Origin: Tubiluchus corallicola
Lineage: Eukaryota > Animalia > Priapulida
Reading direction: 5' to 3'
Length of the DNA stretch: 64,000 nucleotides
Assembly: GCA_030141605.1 (NCBI GenBank)
Contig: JAQGDQ010000038.1
Coordinates: 434,001-498,000, forward strand
The notes under the pieces were generated by a model. It ran no database searches and was not told where the DNA came from. It worked only from the letters and a program-made list of their open reading frames with translations. Below, in pieces: positions 52,301-64,000 of this stretch. The position numbers and the translations under genes are program-made. Numbering within the stretch: position 1 is the stretch's first letter; the number at the start of each line of letters is the position of its first letter.

Positions 52301-55300
52301 CTATTAAGTGCTTTCTTTCAGGGCTGGTTCAAACGAAGATGTATTAAATGCTGCTGATCAGTCTCCCACACAGCCTCCGCAGCCGTCAGTCATTCCTAGT
52401 CAAGGTGATTTGATCTGTGACTTGCTCACACTGGACCTTGGTCCAACTCAACCTACACAAATGCATGCACCTCCTGCCCCTGCTGCCCCTATACAGTCAT
52501 CAGCGGGAATGGACCTTTTAGGAGGAGGACTCGACTCTCTGGTAAGTCAAAAAATTGAAAATTATAAGAAAAATAATATAGCTGTTTTGCATAGTTAGGA
52601 AGCTAATCCCTCACACAAGCTTGGTTTTATACTTCAGTTTTATTAAGATTATTTCTTAAAAGACGTTATAGATCGTATTTGTGGCCTGTATTTATGTCTT
52701 TTGTACACATGGCATGAACACAATCTCGATTCATTGCATTGAATGAGTTGAGAGAGCTTTCACTTTTGACAGCCATTATTCAGTTATGGCAATTAGAATC
52801 TAGATACTAGTGCTTAGTCTGGATCTCGATCTCATCTGTTTCTCATGAGAAAAAATTTCCCGTCTCAATTTCTAGATCGTCAAGCATGAGAAACGAGAAT
52901 AGCTTGTGTCTAGTGCGCATAATCACAGCTGCTCGCAAAATAAAGGTTTCCCAGATTTTCTTGATAACTCTGCTGCATCACTTGTTCATCTCTGCCAGTT
53001 TAGCATGTTAATCGATAATTTAAGCAAGTTTTTATATAATGTTATAATTATAAACATATGGTATTAATAATGATAATTATATGGACTGAGATTGGCCATG
53101 TTTACACCTCACTTCAGTAGTCAGTGGACACGTCTCTACATTCAAACACCTACTTCTGAAATAAGTATTAGCGAAACTTATCAACTGCTAGGCAAACTCT
53201 CTGCGGTACTTGTATGATGCATTTCACCCCCCGCTTTCTAAAATGTAACACAGCCTCTAAAATAATTTATGACTTTTGAAAGGATGTGTGAAAGCATAAT
53301 ATGTGATAACCTGACAAGCATGTGAAAATTGAATTTTATATAAAAACCACAGCTTCCTCGTTCTAAATGATTCTTCAAATTTGTGCCTGCAAATTCGAAA
53401 GAAATTTTTGCAGTGTTAGCTGACTCTGCTTACATTTAAGTCATCATACTTTCAGTGTTGGGAGAAACGCTATACTGTAATCAGACTCTAGTAACCAGGA
53501 ATACATCATGATAACTTATTTTAAACAAGTAATTTAAGGTTTGGTTTGCTTGTTAGCTGAAATTTTCAATATTTACAGTTTAATTTGAGCTAATATGCAA
53601 TTTTCTGCATTTTTCTTGTGAGAAATGCAATGTCTACTAGATACCTAATCTAACACTGTACAACTGGTTTGTTTTACACATTTTTTTAGTTGAACGTGAG
53701 TGAATCACCTCAACCACAACAACCGCAGGCTTTCGGAGGTGATGCAGGTTTACTAGGTGATATATTTGGTTTAGGCTTAGGAGGCGTGGGTGGCGGCAGT
53801 GGCTTTTGCACTCCTCCTAAACAGGTACTTTTTTTACTTGTTTTCACGAAAGCTATAAGTTAAACAGTTTGTGAAAGTCAGCCTTAATTTGTAGCAGCTG
53901 TTAGTGTAATTTATGTGGTTTCTGATTAGATCGGAAGCAGGAGACCAGATTAGAAATGGCTTTGTTGGGCTGATTTCATTTAGTTTAATCTGATTTGGTT
54001 AGGTTTAGTTAAGTTTTTGGTTAACTTAAATTTTTATAATATACAATGAAGTTCTAATTTAAATGTTTCAGATTGTAATTGTGCAATTTTATTTTCACAG
54101 GTCTGGCTGCCGGCTGCAAAAGGAAAGGGTTTGGAAGTTTCCGGCACTTTCACTCGACGGGGTGGACAAATTTTTATGGAAATGACGTTTTCAAATAAAG
54201 CCATGCAGCCAATGTCTGGTTTTGCTATTCAGTTAAATAAAAATAGGTAGAGGGGTTTGCACTGCTTAACGTGAAACAAGGTTATAGTTTGTACCTGGAA
54301 CATACAATGAAATACTTATCAGTACAAGAAAACTATTCAGTGTTTTAGAGATTTCAAGGTTTTTGTAAAGGTTATATTCAGAAATATTAAATTTTATGGA
54401 ATAGAATTTTGAACTGACTAATTTTCAGATGCAAATCATTTGGAATTTCTATTTTGCAGCTTTGGTGTTATTCCTGGTGCACCTTTGACCCTGCAGCCAT
54501 TGAATGCCCACCAAAATGGCGACTGTAGTTTACAACTGAATTTAAATGGGCCAGTTCAAAAGATGGAACCTCTTACAAACATTCAGGTACCTCTAAATAG
54601 CCGTCTGACTATTAGTTTGGATTAACTGATACATATACCTTGACATTGCACAGACAGAAGTCCTCACACATTTATCATTGCTTGATATTTTTAAATAGGT
54701 TGCTGTGAAGAACAGTGTAGACGTTTTCTACTTTGCCTGTGCTGCTCCTATGCACATATTCTTTACTGAAGATGGGCAAATGGACAAACGTGTTTTCCTG
54801 GCAACATGGAAAGATATACCAACACAGAATGAACTTCAGTATACTCTCAGTAGCGTCTCGCATAATGCAGGTATCAGCGTCTTATTCACAAAGTTTTATA
54901 CAACGTGATTCTTAAGTGTGCTGTTTGTATTTGAATTCTCTGTCTGTCTGTCATCACATTTTGCTGCACAATTAACAGAGACACATTTTTCTTTCTGTAT
55001 TTGTTTTCTATCTATATTTGCGGTTGTGCAAGGATATCAAGGAAAGCATACCTCATCGTTTGCACTTATGAAGACCACCTTTAGTTTTCCATCGACTTTT
55101 TGTTAATGCTTTCCTTATTTTCAAGTTGCATAATGTGAACCAAATGAAATTTGTGTTAAAATAATGTTTAATTTTTTGTTACAATCACATCTTTGCAGCA
55201 GATACTTAGGAACATGCCATTTCTTGCCTTGCTGATTCTGCATGTTCCCGGACGAAGAATCTGTCAGCTTTTGTATTTTTCCAGATCAAGTGTCAAACAA

Positions 55301-55984
55301 ACTTCAACAAAACAACATATTCACGATAGCAAAGCGTAATGTGGAAGGCCAGGATATGCTTTATCAGAGTTTAAAACTCACAAATGGAATCTGGGTTTTA
55401 ACAGAATTGAAGATACAACCAGGAAATCCAGATTATACCGTAAATGTCTATTAAAATTCTACCAAATTATTATGGTTGTGTTTTCAATGATAAATAAAGT
55501 TTTTTTCATTTGTAGCATGATCGTTTCAACAAAAATCATTTGAGCTCCATGGTTAGAAACTAAAAAACAAAAAAAAAAGATTACTTAAAATTATTGTTAC
55601 CTAAGGAATTAGTGCACTTCAAATTACTAAACGTGTATGACAGTTATAGTTACAGCGGTTTTCTAGAGACAGTTAGTACAACACACATTTCACTGTGCAC
55701 TGCCTGTGTAATGTTAGTAAGGCAGCTCAACTGTTTAAAGGAATAGACTTGCATTGCATTGATTTCAAAATGAATTCCATTCATTTCGTGTTTTAGACAA
55801 TTTTTGCAAAGATTTTCTATTTATCATGATAGATGTTTTTTGGTTCTTAAAGCTGTGTGGTGAACTTAATTCTTGGGAACGTAAACCAACCTGATTTTTT
55901 TTTCAGTTGTCCCTGAAATCTCGAGCAGTTGAAGTAGCACCAAGCGTTTTTGAAGCATTCAATCTGATCTTACATCAGCCGTAA
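43269..55984 (+). CDS. AP2B1: AP-1/AP-2 complex beta subunit (beta-adaptin), 936 or 938 aa
   Basis: First coding exon 43269-43302 or 43456-43495. Then 45547-45652, 46427-46562, 47198-47326, 47533-47649, 47786-47904, 48150-48285, 48776-48930, 49177-49317, 49518-49683, 50013-50101, 50778-50979, 51393-51640, 52322-52541, 53690-53824, 54101-54246, 54460-54586, 54699-54870, 55285-55439, 55907-55984. Trunk motifs [15 protein letters not shown] and [17 protein letters not shown], hinge clathrin box LLTLD, and ear domains are present. Probably the single invertebrate co-ortholog of AP1B1/AP2B1. Confidence 0.97.
43456..43495 (+). CDS. AP2B1: Beta-adaptin alternative first coding exon B ([14 protein letters not shown])
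   Basis: Acceptor CACACAG directly before the ATG, donor GTATTA at 43496, phase 1. Confidence 0.8.
45291..45429 (+). ncRNA. Weak candidate intronic H/ACA snoRNA
   Basis: CCTGAA/TTCAGG basal stem, H-box-like AAATTA at 45353-45358, second stem GGAATTTA/TAAATTCT, ACA at 45424-45426 plus 3 nt. The pockets are asymmetric. Confidence 0.3.
46082..46217 (+). ncRNA. Candidate intronic box H/ACA snoRNA, copy 1 (SNORA20-like guide)
   Basis: Hairpin 1: TGGCTG/CAGCCA basal stem, TGCAGG/CCTGCA upper stem, 3' pocket TATACGC. H box ATAATA at 46138-46143. Hairpin 2: ATGTGGAAA/TTTTCACAT and TTCAG/CTGAA. ACA at 46212-46214 plus 3 nt; 136 nt in total. Confidence 0.6.
46715..46851 (+). ncRNA. Candidate intronic box H/ACA snoRNA, copy 2 (SNORA20-like guide)
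   Basis: Same TGGCTG/CAGCCA stem and TATACGC pocket. The upper stem differs in sequence but still pairs (TGCCAAC/GTTGACA). H box ATAGTA at 46770-46775. Hairpin 2: TTCAGACTGG/CTGGTATGAA and ACTGAGGG/TCCTTAGT. ACA at 46846-46848 plus TTT; 137 nt in total. Confidence 0.65.
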
Positions 55985-57535
55985 CTACAATGCATGGTCA
56001 ATGTTATACTTGAGACGAAAAGCTAACATTATTAGTATGTAAATTAATCTTAATATAAATATTATGATCATTGTACGATGTACTAAAATAACTTTATGTA
56101 CTGTGGCCAGTTGTTTTAAGGATGTTTGCTAAGAGAGATCACGCAGTGTTTGCAACATACAATCTGTATTATATCTTTTTCAAATAGCTAGAGGAAATTT
56201 ATTAAAAAATCATAGCATTCGATTAAATGTTAACAGTGTAGCGTAAATTTGCATTCTGTGATTTATATCCATTCCATTTAGTTTGGTAAATAAGCCTCTG
56301 TGTATTTACTGTTTTATCATTTGCTTATCCAACTAAGATATATTAAAATCACTACGAGAACTGTCGTATTGTTGATATTGTATCAGGTATACAAAAAATA
56401 AATTTACAGTCGAACCTCTTGAATCGCCGCCTACTTTGGGACTGCAAAAAGTTGGTGTTAAGCGAGTTTGGCGAGGTGCATTAATACATAGGCGCCTATG
56501 CAAATATAGGCATTTTGTTTTGCCAAAAATTGCAGTCATTTTCCATTGATTGTAATGCATATTCATAAACACAATAAAGATCCAAATGTTCTATTGCAAA
56601 GTTTTTCTAACATCATTATTGCTATTACTTTACTTACTATGATAAATAGAAAAATTTACGTATTCGTTGTAAAATTTGTAACAGTATTGGTGCAAATTTA
56701 TTCATACAAATTACTCGTACATACTGTACTTGAAAATAAAATGATACTGTCCATTCAATCACATTACCCAAATGCCAAAGAAATTCTTTTGATTATGTGC
56801 AGCAGTTTTTTTAATGTGTGAAATCAAGAATACCATATTTTTTGCATCAAACTAACAATACCACGATAATTTTTCTGCATCATTCCTTAAGTATTCTGTA
56901 AATTTCTGTGAGCTGACGTCTATCGATATTCTACCTATGTAATTCTGTATAACTATATATAAGTGCACTATATACCAGAGTATTTCAGTCAGATTCTATT
57001 ACATAACTCATCACATAATTCTATTACACTGCTCGAATCGTTAGACCTGCTTGACAAATCCTATCAGGGTGTGAATTTGTCAAACTTACAAATACAGAAA
57101 ATTGAAATGGTTTAAGCAATTTCCTTTACTGCAGACTACAAATCTTGCACTGTTTTAGTAATGGACAGAGTATGATCATGCATTACTGTGCAAACGGAGT
57201 GCAGCTATACAAATTATTACACACAAAATATTCATGTAATATCATTTAAACTAATCCAATGCTTTGTTACCACCAAAGTTACTTTCATAATAACTTGATA
57301 AAGAGCTAATCCACGTAATTATACTGTTAGCTGTGTAACTTGCTGTCAACTTGATAACTGCTAATTTCGTTTTCCATTACACCTTTCTCTTTATGGATGT
57401 TAATACATGAAACTTGAATTTGTAAAGGGAAATAATAACTAAATATCCATCTGAATCCAAACTCACTACTGATGTACAGGTATAAATAAAACATAAATAC
57501 AAATGAAACTACTATTATACAACAACAATTTAGAC

Positions 57536-60500
57536 CTAGAAGCGGGAAGTGTCCCGTCCGTAGAACATGGCCTTCATCCAGTCCATTGGCACTTGCCACC
57601 TCAGTCTCCAACTGCCAAGCCGAGTTAAATAAGCTGATCTCCACAGCACCCATGACGTAAACCCTGAAGGTGTTATTAAAATATCAATTAGAATTAGATG
57701 CACAACAACGCGAAGGTAGTTGAGAAAGCTGCTATAATAAACTTGCATCCACAGTTCATATTATTCAGCTTAATTTTGTGTTTTCTGGACAGCTTATTTA
57801 AACATAGCACAGTATTATACTGATACGACAAAATCAGTAAACTAATCATCAACTAAGCGAACTAACCTTTAAGTTTTGCTTCAGGTGTGTCAGTCAATGC
57901 TTGATAACCGCCGATGTATGCCAGCATTCCCATGCTCCTGTATTTAAATGGTTCCACTTCCTTACCGCTTTGATTATTTAGAGATCTTGCTAGATACCTG
58001 CCCTGCCTTTCTGCGACCTGTATTGACAAATTCATAAACTCAAGTAGAGTTTTTCAATGTTTCTATGCACAGCATTTCTTCTCAAAATGCAAAACACATT
58101 AATAATAATTATACATCATAACTTGTTACAAGTCCACACTCAGCAATTAATGTTGCCAGAAGCAGGACGGGAAAATTAATGGTACACAAGCCTATATTGT
58201 TCAATACAAAATTTAGCAGATGACCACACCGAAACTATATAGTAGTTAGTATAAACTGTTAGTATTAGCATATGAAAGTGAGTGGTGACATCTATTGATA
58301 CGAAATATGAAGTATTATAAGTTAAGTGTCCTTTAAAAATTCAAAAAATGTTAATGTACCTGAGCTGTACTGGGAAGATGCAGCTGCATAATGTCTGCAC
58401 AGTCACCTAGTGCATAAACAGACTGAGACGGATCGTTTATTACCCGTAACCATTTATCAGTAATAATCTGCAAATATTCAAATTATTTCTCTGTATATCA
58501 AAAAGATGAAAATCAATACAGTCTGGCTGTTTTCTTACTTTCAACTGACACTCAGATATCAACGAACAGTGTTAATGCAGAATATATGTCAAGTATAAAA
58601 TTGCCACAATGGCCACTGAAAGCATCATAATTTTATGGAAGACTTGTATACTTTAATAAGTTTGAACGTTTTGACATTTGCAAAGGGCACTTGCAGCAGT
58701 AACTATAAGCCCTATAAATACAGGTAAAACAATTAGCACTAACTGAGAAAATTGGCAATGAAACTACTTGAATGAAATTATGTAAATTAATATTGTAATA
58801 AGATTAATCCACTAGAATTAAATATAGACAATAAGCATACCTGACAACAAACAACATATCAGCACACATATTTACATATCTAAGAGAAGAAATTTGCAAT
58901 TTAAAATAGGTAACACAGGAAACAGGAATCGGAAACAATAGCGAACGACAGGAAAAAAAGCAAAACGCAGAACTGGAACACTGAACCTGATAGTTTCAAC
59001 TGAGGATGGAATGAGCAAATGCCAAAATGTTCAGCCTGATTAAAGTGCACAAGCATTCAAATTATGATACTTTCAACGGCAGTTGTATCAATTTCATTTC
59101 TGCTAAAACTAAGATTTTCAAACGACAAAATACTTATCAGTGACAAATGAAACATTACGCAAAAAAATCTACTGACCTGCCCTTGTTGATTCTTGGACAC
59201 AGGCAGTGAACATACAAATGGACGAGGAGCAAGCCCAGCACTCCAGACTATCAAGCCACATGGAACATATCCTCCTCCTTTCAAATGGACTCCGTATTCA
59301 GTTACAACTGCAAAAAAATATGTTTTATGAGAAAAGTTTGTATGATCATTCATGTTTATGGTGAAATACAATTATAGCAACATTAATAATATGCACTTCC
59401 ATGATTATATAAATTTACAATGCCAAATACTTTAGCATCAGTTACATGCTTGAAAAAAAATGAAAGGCATTTTCACTTGATATGCTACCACAATAAAAAG
59501 CACAAAGAACAAGTGAATAGGTGAGATTGGCACTCAGTACAGTTCAGACCTCTGCTAGGCTTGTGAGGTACAATTATTTGCTAAACTACAGTATACACAG
59601 TCACTTGGGATAAGATGGCAAAAATTGTTCTGAGGTCATTTGATTTAGCACATGCACCACTGCCTTTTCCATTTTTGCAGCACTCTGTGACACAACATAG
59701 AATTTTCCCATACAAGCCTATAGGTATTTAAAAAATTGATCTTAATTTTGCTATTCTTAATCGATCATTGCCAAAATCGAAAACATTCTTCCTTGTCCCA
59801 TGCCCTATTACTCCAGAAATAAAGGGAAATCTGTGAGGCGGTTTTTGCATAATTTTGTTAACTATCAGACAAACAAACAAACTAACTAACCAATGGCAAT
59901 ACAAACATTAATTTTTTTGGCAGATAAAAAAATAATAAAGAGGTAAAAATAAAGAAATTAACAGATAGACAAACAAGCAAACAAACAAATGCATGATTAG
60001 CTGAAAAAATATATAAATGGACAAATAAACTAAGAAATGAATAAATCAATCAATCACTGTGCTGTGTGCATTTCTAGTTTACAGTTATAGCTGAAAATAA
60101 ATGATCATTTGTACAAAGGAACTTTACCATACACCCCCAAAATGGGCACGTTCAGTCAATAAATTCTGTAAAAAGACGTGAGATAAATGTACAGTAAAAT
60201 TTCAACCATATAAAAAATGTTAGCACTTTGTAAGTGCAAATTACATACGTGATGTGAGCTATGAACTCAGCACAATGACAGCCTCACAAATTTTAAGGTC
60301 ATTACTGTTAGTCTCAGCTTAATGGCAGTATACTAGCAAACCTGAAACAGCTGCTTGTTTTAAGTTAAATCGATCTCGCTGGCGAATTTTTCTTTCAGCA
60401 TAACGTCTTAGACCCAAATCAAACATGGATAAGATTTTGTCTGCTTCAATCAATGTCACACACACTTCCTTGGCCAGATCTTTGTATAATCGGGATACAT

Positions 60501-63500
60501 CCTGAAAAGTTAATCTATGTTGAACTTTTTATTTGTGAAATCATCCAAAACGTTAATGCAGTGTACGCCGCTTAATGAAACCATGTTGCTGTGAACCTAC
60601 ATGGATTTATTAAGTGGCTGGACTTATAAATCGAAGAGACCTATTAAGTAGCATTTTCTATGTTAACAAAATGTGCATGCTTTATTTATGAAGCAGATTC
60701 TTAACTTTTAGTAAATTGCTTGCGAAACGTTTTTAAGCAAAGTGCAGCAATTTATTAGCATTTGTATGATTAAAGCAACTCGCCTGCAGTACGTACTTGT
60801 TTAACTGTGATAAAGTGCTTGCGAAATAAAAAACTGAGATACATGTAACTTTAACATCAGTGATGATTCAGCATTCACTTATCTGAGTCATTAGCATTCT
60901 CACACATTATGGTTTATCCGTTAGAATCTGCATTTTAGTTAAGCCTAATTACTTATATGCATAAAAAGAGTATGCAAGAGACCATTATATAGCATGTAGA
61001 TAAGTTTAAAGTGGAAGCATATCAAGTGCTCTGTTTTAGTGAACAATTTTTTAAAGATGCGATTGAATGTCTTGCATGAGTTCGGCGAATTTCGTCGCAA
61101 GTTTGAATAGTCATTGTTCTGTAGTCCATGATGCAGTGTTTCCAATGCGTGTCGCATTTCAGCAGCTGATACAGTGATTACTGGTTCAGAGTCACCGTCA
61201 TCATCATTGTCAATCTAAAATGCGGTTTAATGGTGTGGTCTGTGTCACAATTTTGTTAGCTTCATAGCAAGCAAGCTGGATTTATAAAGCGAAGCTTAGA
61301 TTTAATAAACAGCAGATTTTACTAGGTTAATGTATTATACAGTTCTGCTGTAATTTAGTGGCCACAATAAGCAGCTGGATTTATAACCCGTGGATCTATT
61401 AAACAGATTCTACTGCACAAGAATTTATCAATTTTAGTTAACTATTGTTAATGGAGGGGTCTGATTAACTTACTTTTCATATTTCTCAATATCAAATCTC
61501 AAGTCCTTGTTGGCACCTATGTCTTGTACATTAAGTGATCATACTTGACTTATGGGACAACGATTTCTCAAGTAATATTTCAATTTATCCTAATACTTCT
61601 TTTACAAGTGCTATTTGGGACAGTTTTGGTCACGTCCTCGCAGCGAAGCCATGCCGTGTTCTTTCACTATCATATGTGTGCTTGTATACCAAAACCGTCC
61701 ATATTTGACGTAGTTAAAACTACGTTGTGATACTTCAAAGTAGAATGACACAAAAATTTGGTCAAATGTTAATTTTTCGTATTTTATAAAAACCAACTCC
61801 AAATATATTGGACTTTTATATTCTAGCATCAAATTATCAAGAAAGTGTCCAAAAAACACAAAAAATTTAATTTTATAACTCCTTACCCACTTCTCTGTCT
61901 AAAAATTAGCACTGCAATTGTAAAAAAAACTCTTATTTTCAAACTCCAAAGATTCTCATGAAATGGAGATTCAGGATCTGTGAATAACTAGAAAAACTTA
62001 ATTGTCGACTTATGTGTCAAAATTGATTTTATGGTTAGAATTATATATAAATCTTGTTTTCCACTTTGCCTCCACAAATACACTGGAAGGATGCAACAAA
62101 AATGTCTATAATTACTTGGGCACCTATTGTAACTTTTATTTCTAAAATTCAAAAACTTAAAAATGACCCGGACCTAATATGATGACGTCTCGATTCGCTC
62201 AATCACAATAAACTTTCTCACATGGTTCATAACTTGGCATGTTTGATTTAACAGTACTAAAGTTACCTTACTCAGTTATATACAACATTAAGCCAGTAAT
62301 TTTGTGCTACTGCTGGAATAGTGCAATAATAATAATAATTATGCATGTACTACTAATAATAATAATGCAAGTAGTAGTAGCAGTAGTAATAAATAATACA
62401 TAATACTAGTAGTAGTAGCAGCAGCAACAACAACAACAACAACAACAATAACACTGAAAAATTATACTGTAATGACAATCTTATAACAGCTTTAACCACA
62501 AAGCAAACTTATTCACTTAGACTTCCTCGCAAGATTCAAGGAAATGTATATAAAATAAATCACACGCTGTAGCAAACTAAGTAAATTTACTGGTCTACAC
62601 GAATTTAATACCTGTGTTATACCTCCACTATAAAATCATATAGCTCTGCACCAAATTCAACACCAGTGGGCCCTCCTCCCACAATGACAGTGCTGAGAAG
62701 TCTCTTCCTCTCAGCGGGATCAATCCCAGGCTCCAGGGCTAATTCAAAATTTTTCAAAATTCTGTTGCGTATTTCTCTGGCATCACTAACCTCCTATTCA
62801 AATGCAAAACAAAAAATTAGTAATTCAGTAAACAAACATTTTCACATGGACATCGCTGGACATTCTGCATATAAGATATGCTGTTGTGTATTATATACCT
62901 GTTGCCTAGTCAAGTACATTGCAGGTTTGTTCATTTATTGTAACTACCTGGATGTTTACAGTTGATGTGGATAAAATAAAATTAAGCATGTAACAAAAAG
63001 CCTTTCGTAAAAAATTACCTAAAACTTATTGTAAGAACATTAAGAAATCAGCTAATGCAAAATTATAAACCAGTAAATAATAATCAATTAACTGATAACT
63101 GATAACTCAAATCACCCAGTCACTCACAAATTTCACATACAGATAGAGTCTAACTGCACCTTTATCACATTAAATGCTTCAACAAGTCTCATTGAAATAT
63201 CTTTTTAGACTGTAATAATCTGCACATTCTGTCACACATAAAATGCACATTTTCTTATCAAACATTCGGTCTCTGGTAAGCAGTCAATAAGCTCTAAGTA
63301 TAAGTCTTTTTTACGAACAACAAGCATTTATCATAAGTTGTGCAAGCAGAGTTGGACAATTGAAAAGTTCACTCCAGAAATCTGAAGGCTTATTAGTGCA
63401 TCTCTTACAGCAAAAAACCTATTGTAATAACTTTCAATTAATTTTAGTTGTATGCTAGAAGTTAAAACTGATTTTTATTAATCATTCTACGATAGTTTAG

Positions 63501-63741
63501 GATTGATATTATAATTACTTTTAAAAACACAGCATACTTCTCAACGCCGGTTATACCAAAGCTGTTACTCATTGCGCCGACCCCAATAACCAGCTTATCA
63601 TACGGTATCTCATATTCAGATTCAGAAAGGACACTTTTACACTTGACCTTCTTGTTCGTCATATCAATCTCAGTAGCACTAGCAAGATGAAAATGGTCTG
63701 CATGCCGAAACCCGGTATTTCGAATAGGCTCGATTATAGAC
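57536..63741 (-). CDS. NDH2: Alternative (type II, rotenone-insensitive) NADH:ubiquinone oxidoreductase; 5' exons lie beyond the window
   Basis: Exons 63741-63519, 62793-62623, 60501-60342, 59307-59177, 58467-58360, 58017-57867, 57663-57536. Motifs: SIIEPIR, YDKLVIGVGA..NSFGI.GV, VIVGGGPTGVEFGAEL, LIEA, VWSAG, VYALGDCA, LP.TAQVAERQG.YLA, FKY.SMG.LAYIG, WRSAYL, GRD.SRF*. Confidence 0.93.
59508..59930. mobile_element. Helentron-associated (HINE/DINE-1-like) non-autonomous element in an NDH2 intron
   Basis: One end has GCACTCAGTACAGTTCAGACCTCTGCTAGG. The other has a CAGA/CAAA/CTAA tetranucleotide run followed by a decayed TTTTTGGCAGATAAA, loosely inverted to the first motif. This layout is characteristic of the class as I recall it. 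Confidence 0.5.
60559..61415 (-). mobile_element. Decayed pogo/Tigger-derived element with a transposase C-terminal remnant
   Basis: Degenerate CAGT...ACTG termini and repeated GCTGGA(T/C)TTATAA subterminal motifs. The minus strand reads IDNDDDGDSEPVITVSAAEMRHALETLHHGLQ, resembling the acidic tail and helix of pogo transposases. Confidence 0.45.
62325..62450. repeat. Compound (AAT)/(AGT)/(AGC)/(AAC) microsatellite
   Basis: Directly visible. Confidence 0.9.
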
Positions 63742-64000
63742 CTAAAACGAGTAAGCTAAAATGTAAACATTCACAAGGGCTTGTGAACACAATCATTACG
63801 AAGTATAAATGCAAAATAGCACAAAATCTTCTTTGTACAGATACGCTTCACAAGTTAAGACAAAGAAAAAGCTAATTAGAACAATAGTAGCCAAAATTCA
63901 AATAAGACAAGCAATTTTAACACATCTGACATTGTTACTATAATAACTAACATTTAAAAATACTTTATTACATGCAAATTTGCACAACATTTTGTTGAAT

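Noticed and set aside
56407-56520. TA|CAGTCGAACCTC pogo-like terminus between beta-adaptin and NDH2
   Set aside because: Only one end is visible; at most a small fragment.

Overview
AT-rich, intron-rich eukaryotic DNA, most likely from a non-vertebrate animal. I assembled six protein-coding genes by hand from GT-AG junctions with consistent phases. (1) A 2-coding-exon secreted inhibitor-cystine-knot (knottin) prepropeptide, + 7980-9438, which the ORF track shows only in part. (2) A 9-exon adaptor of about 462 aa with an N-terminal phosphotyrosine docking region followed by SH3 and SH2 domains, + 18784-26127. (3) PEX12, - 37605-28949, 8 exons. (4) An intronless TTF1/Reb1-type Myb gene, + 39426-40634, apparently nested in the 5'-UTR intron of (5) the AP-1/AP-2 beta-adaptin gene, + 43269-55984. 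The beta-adaptin gene is head-to-head with PEX12, has two tandem-duplicated, mutually exclusive first coding exons, and carries two paralogous candidate H/ACA snoRNAs in its introns. (6) The 3' part of an alternative type II NADH dehydrogenase (NDH2), - 63741-57536, running off the window end. Intergenic and intronic space holds decayed LINEs, Kolobok-, hAT- and pogo-type MITEs (one nested insertion), a Helentron-like element, and micro- and minisatellites. All homology calls come from motif recognition, not database searches.
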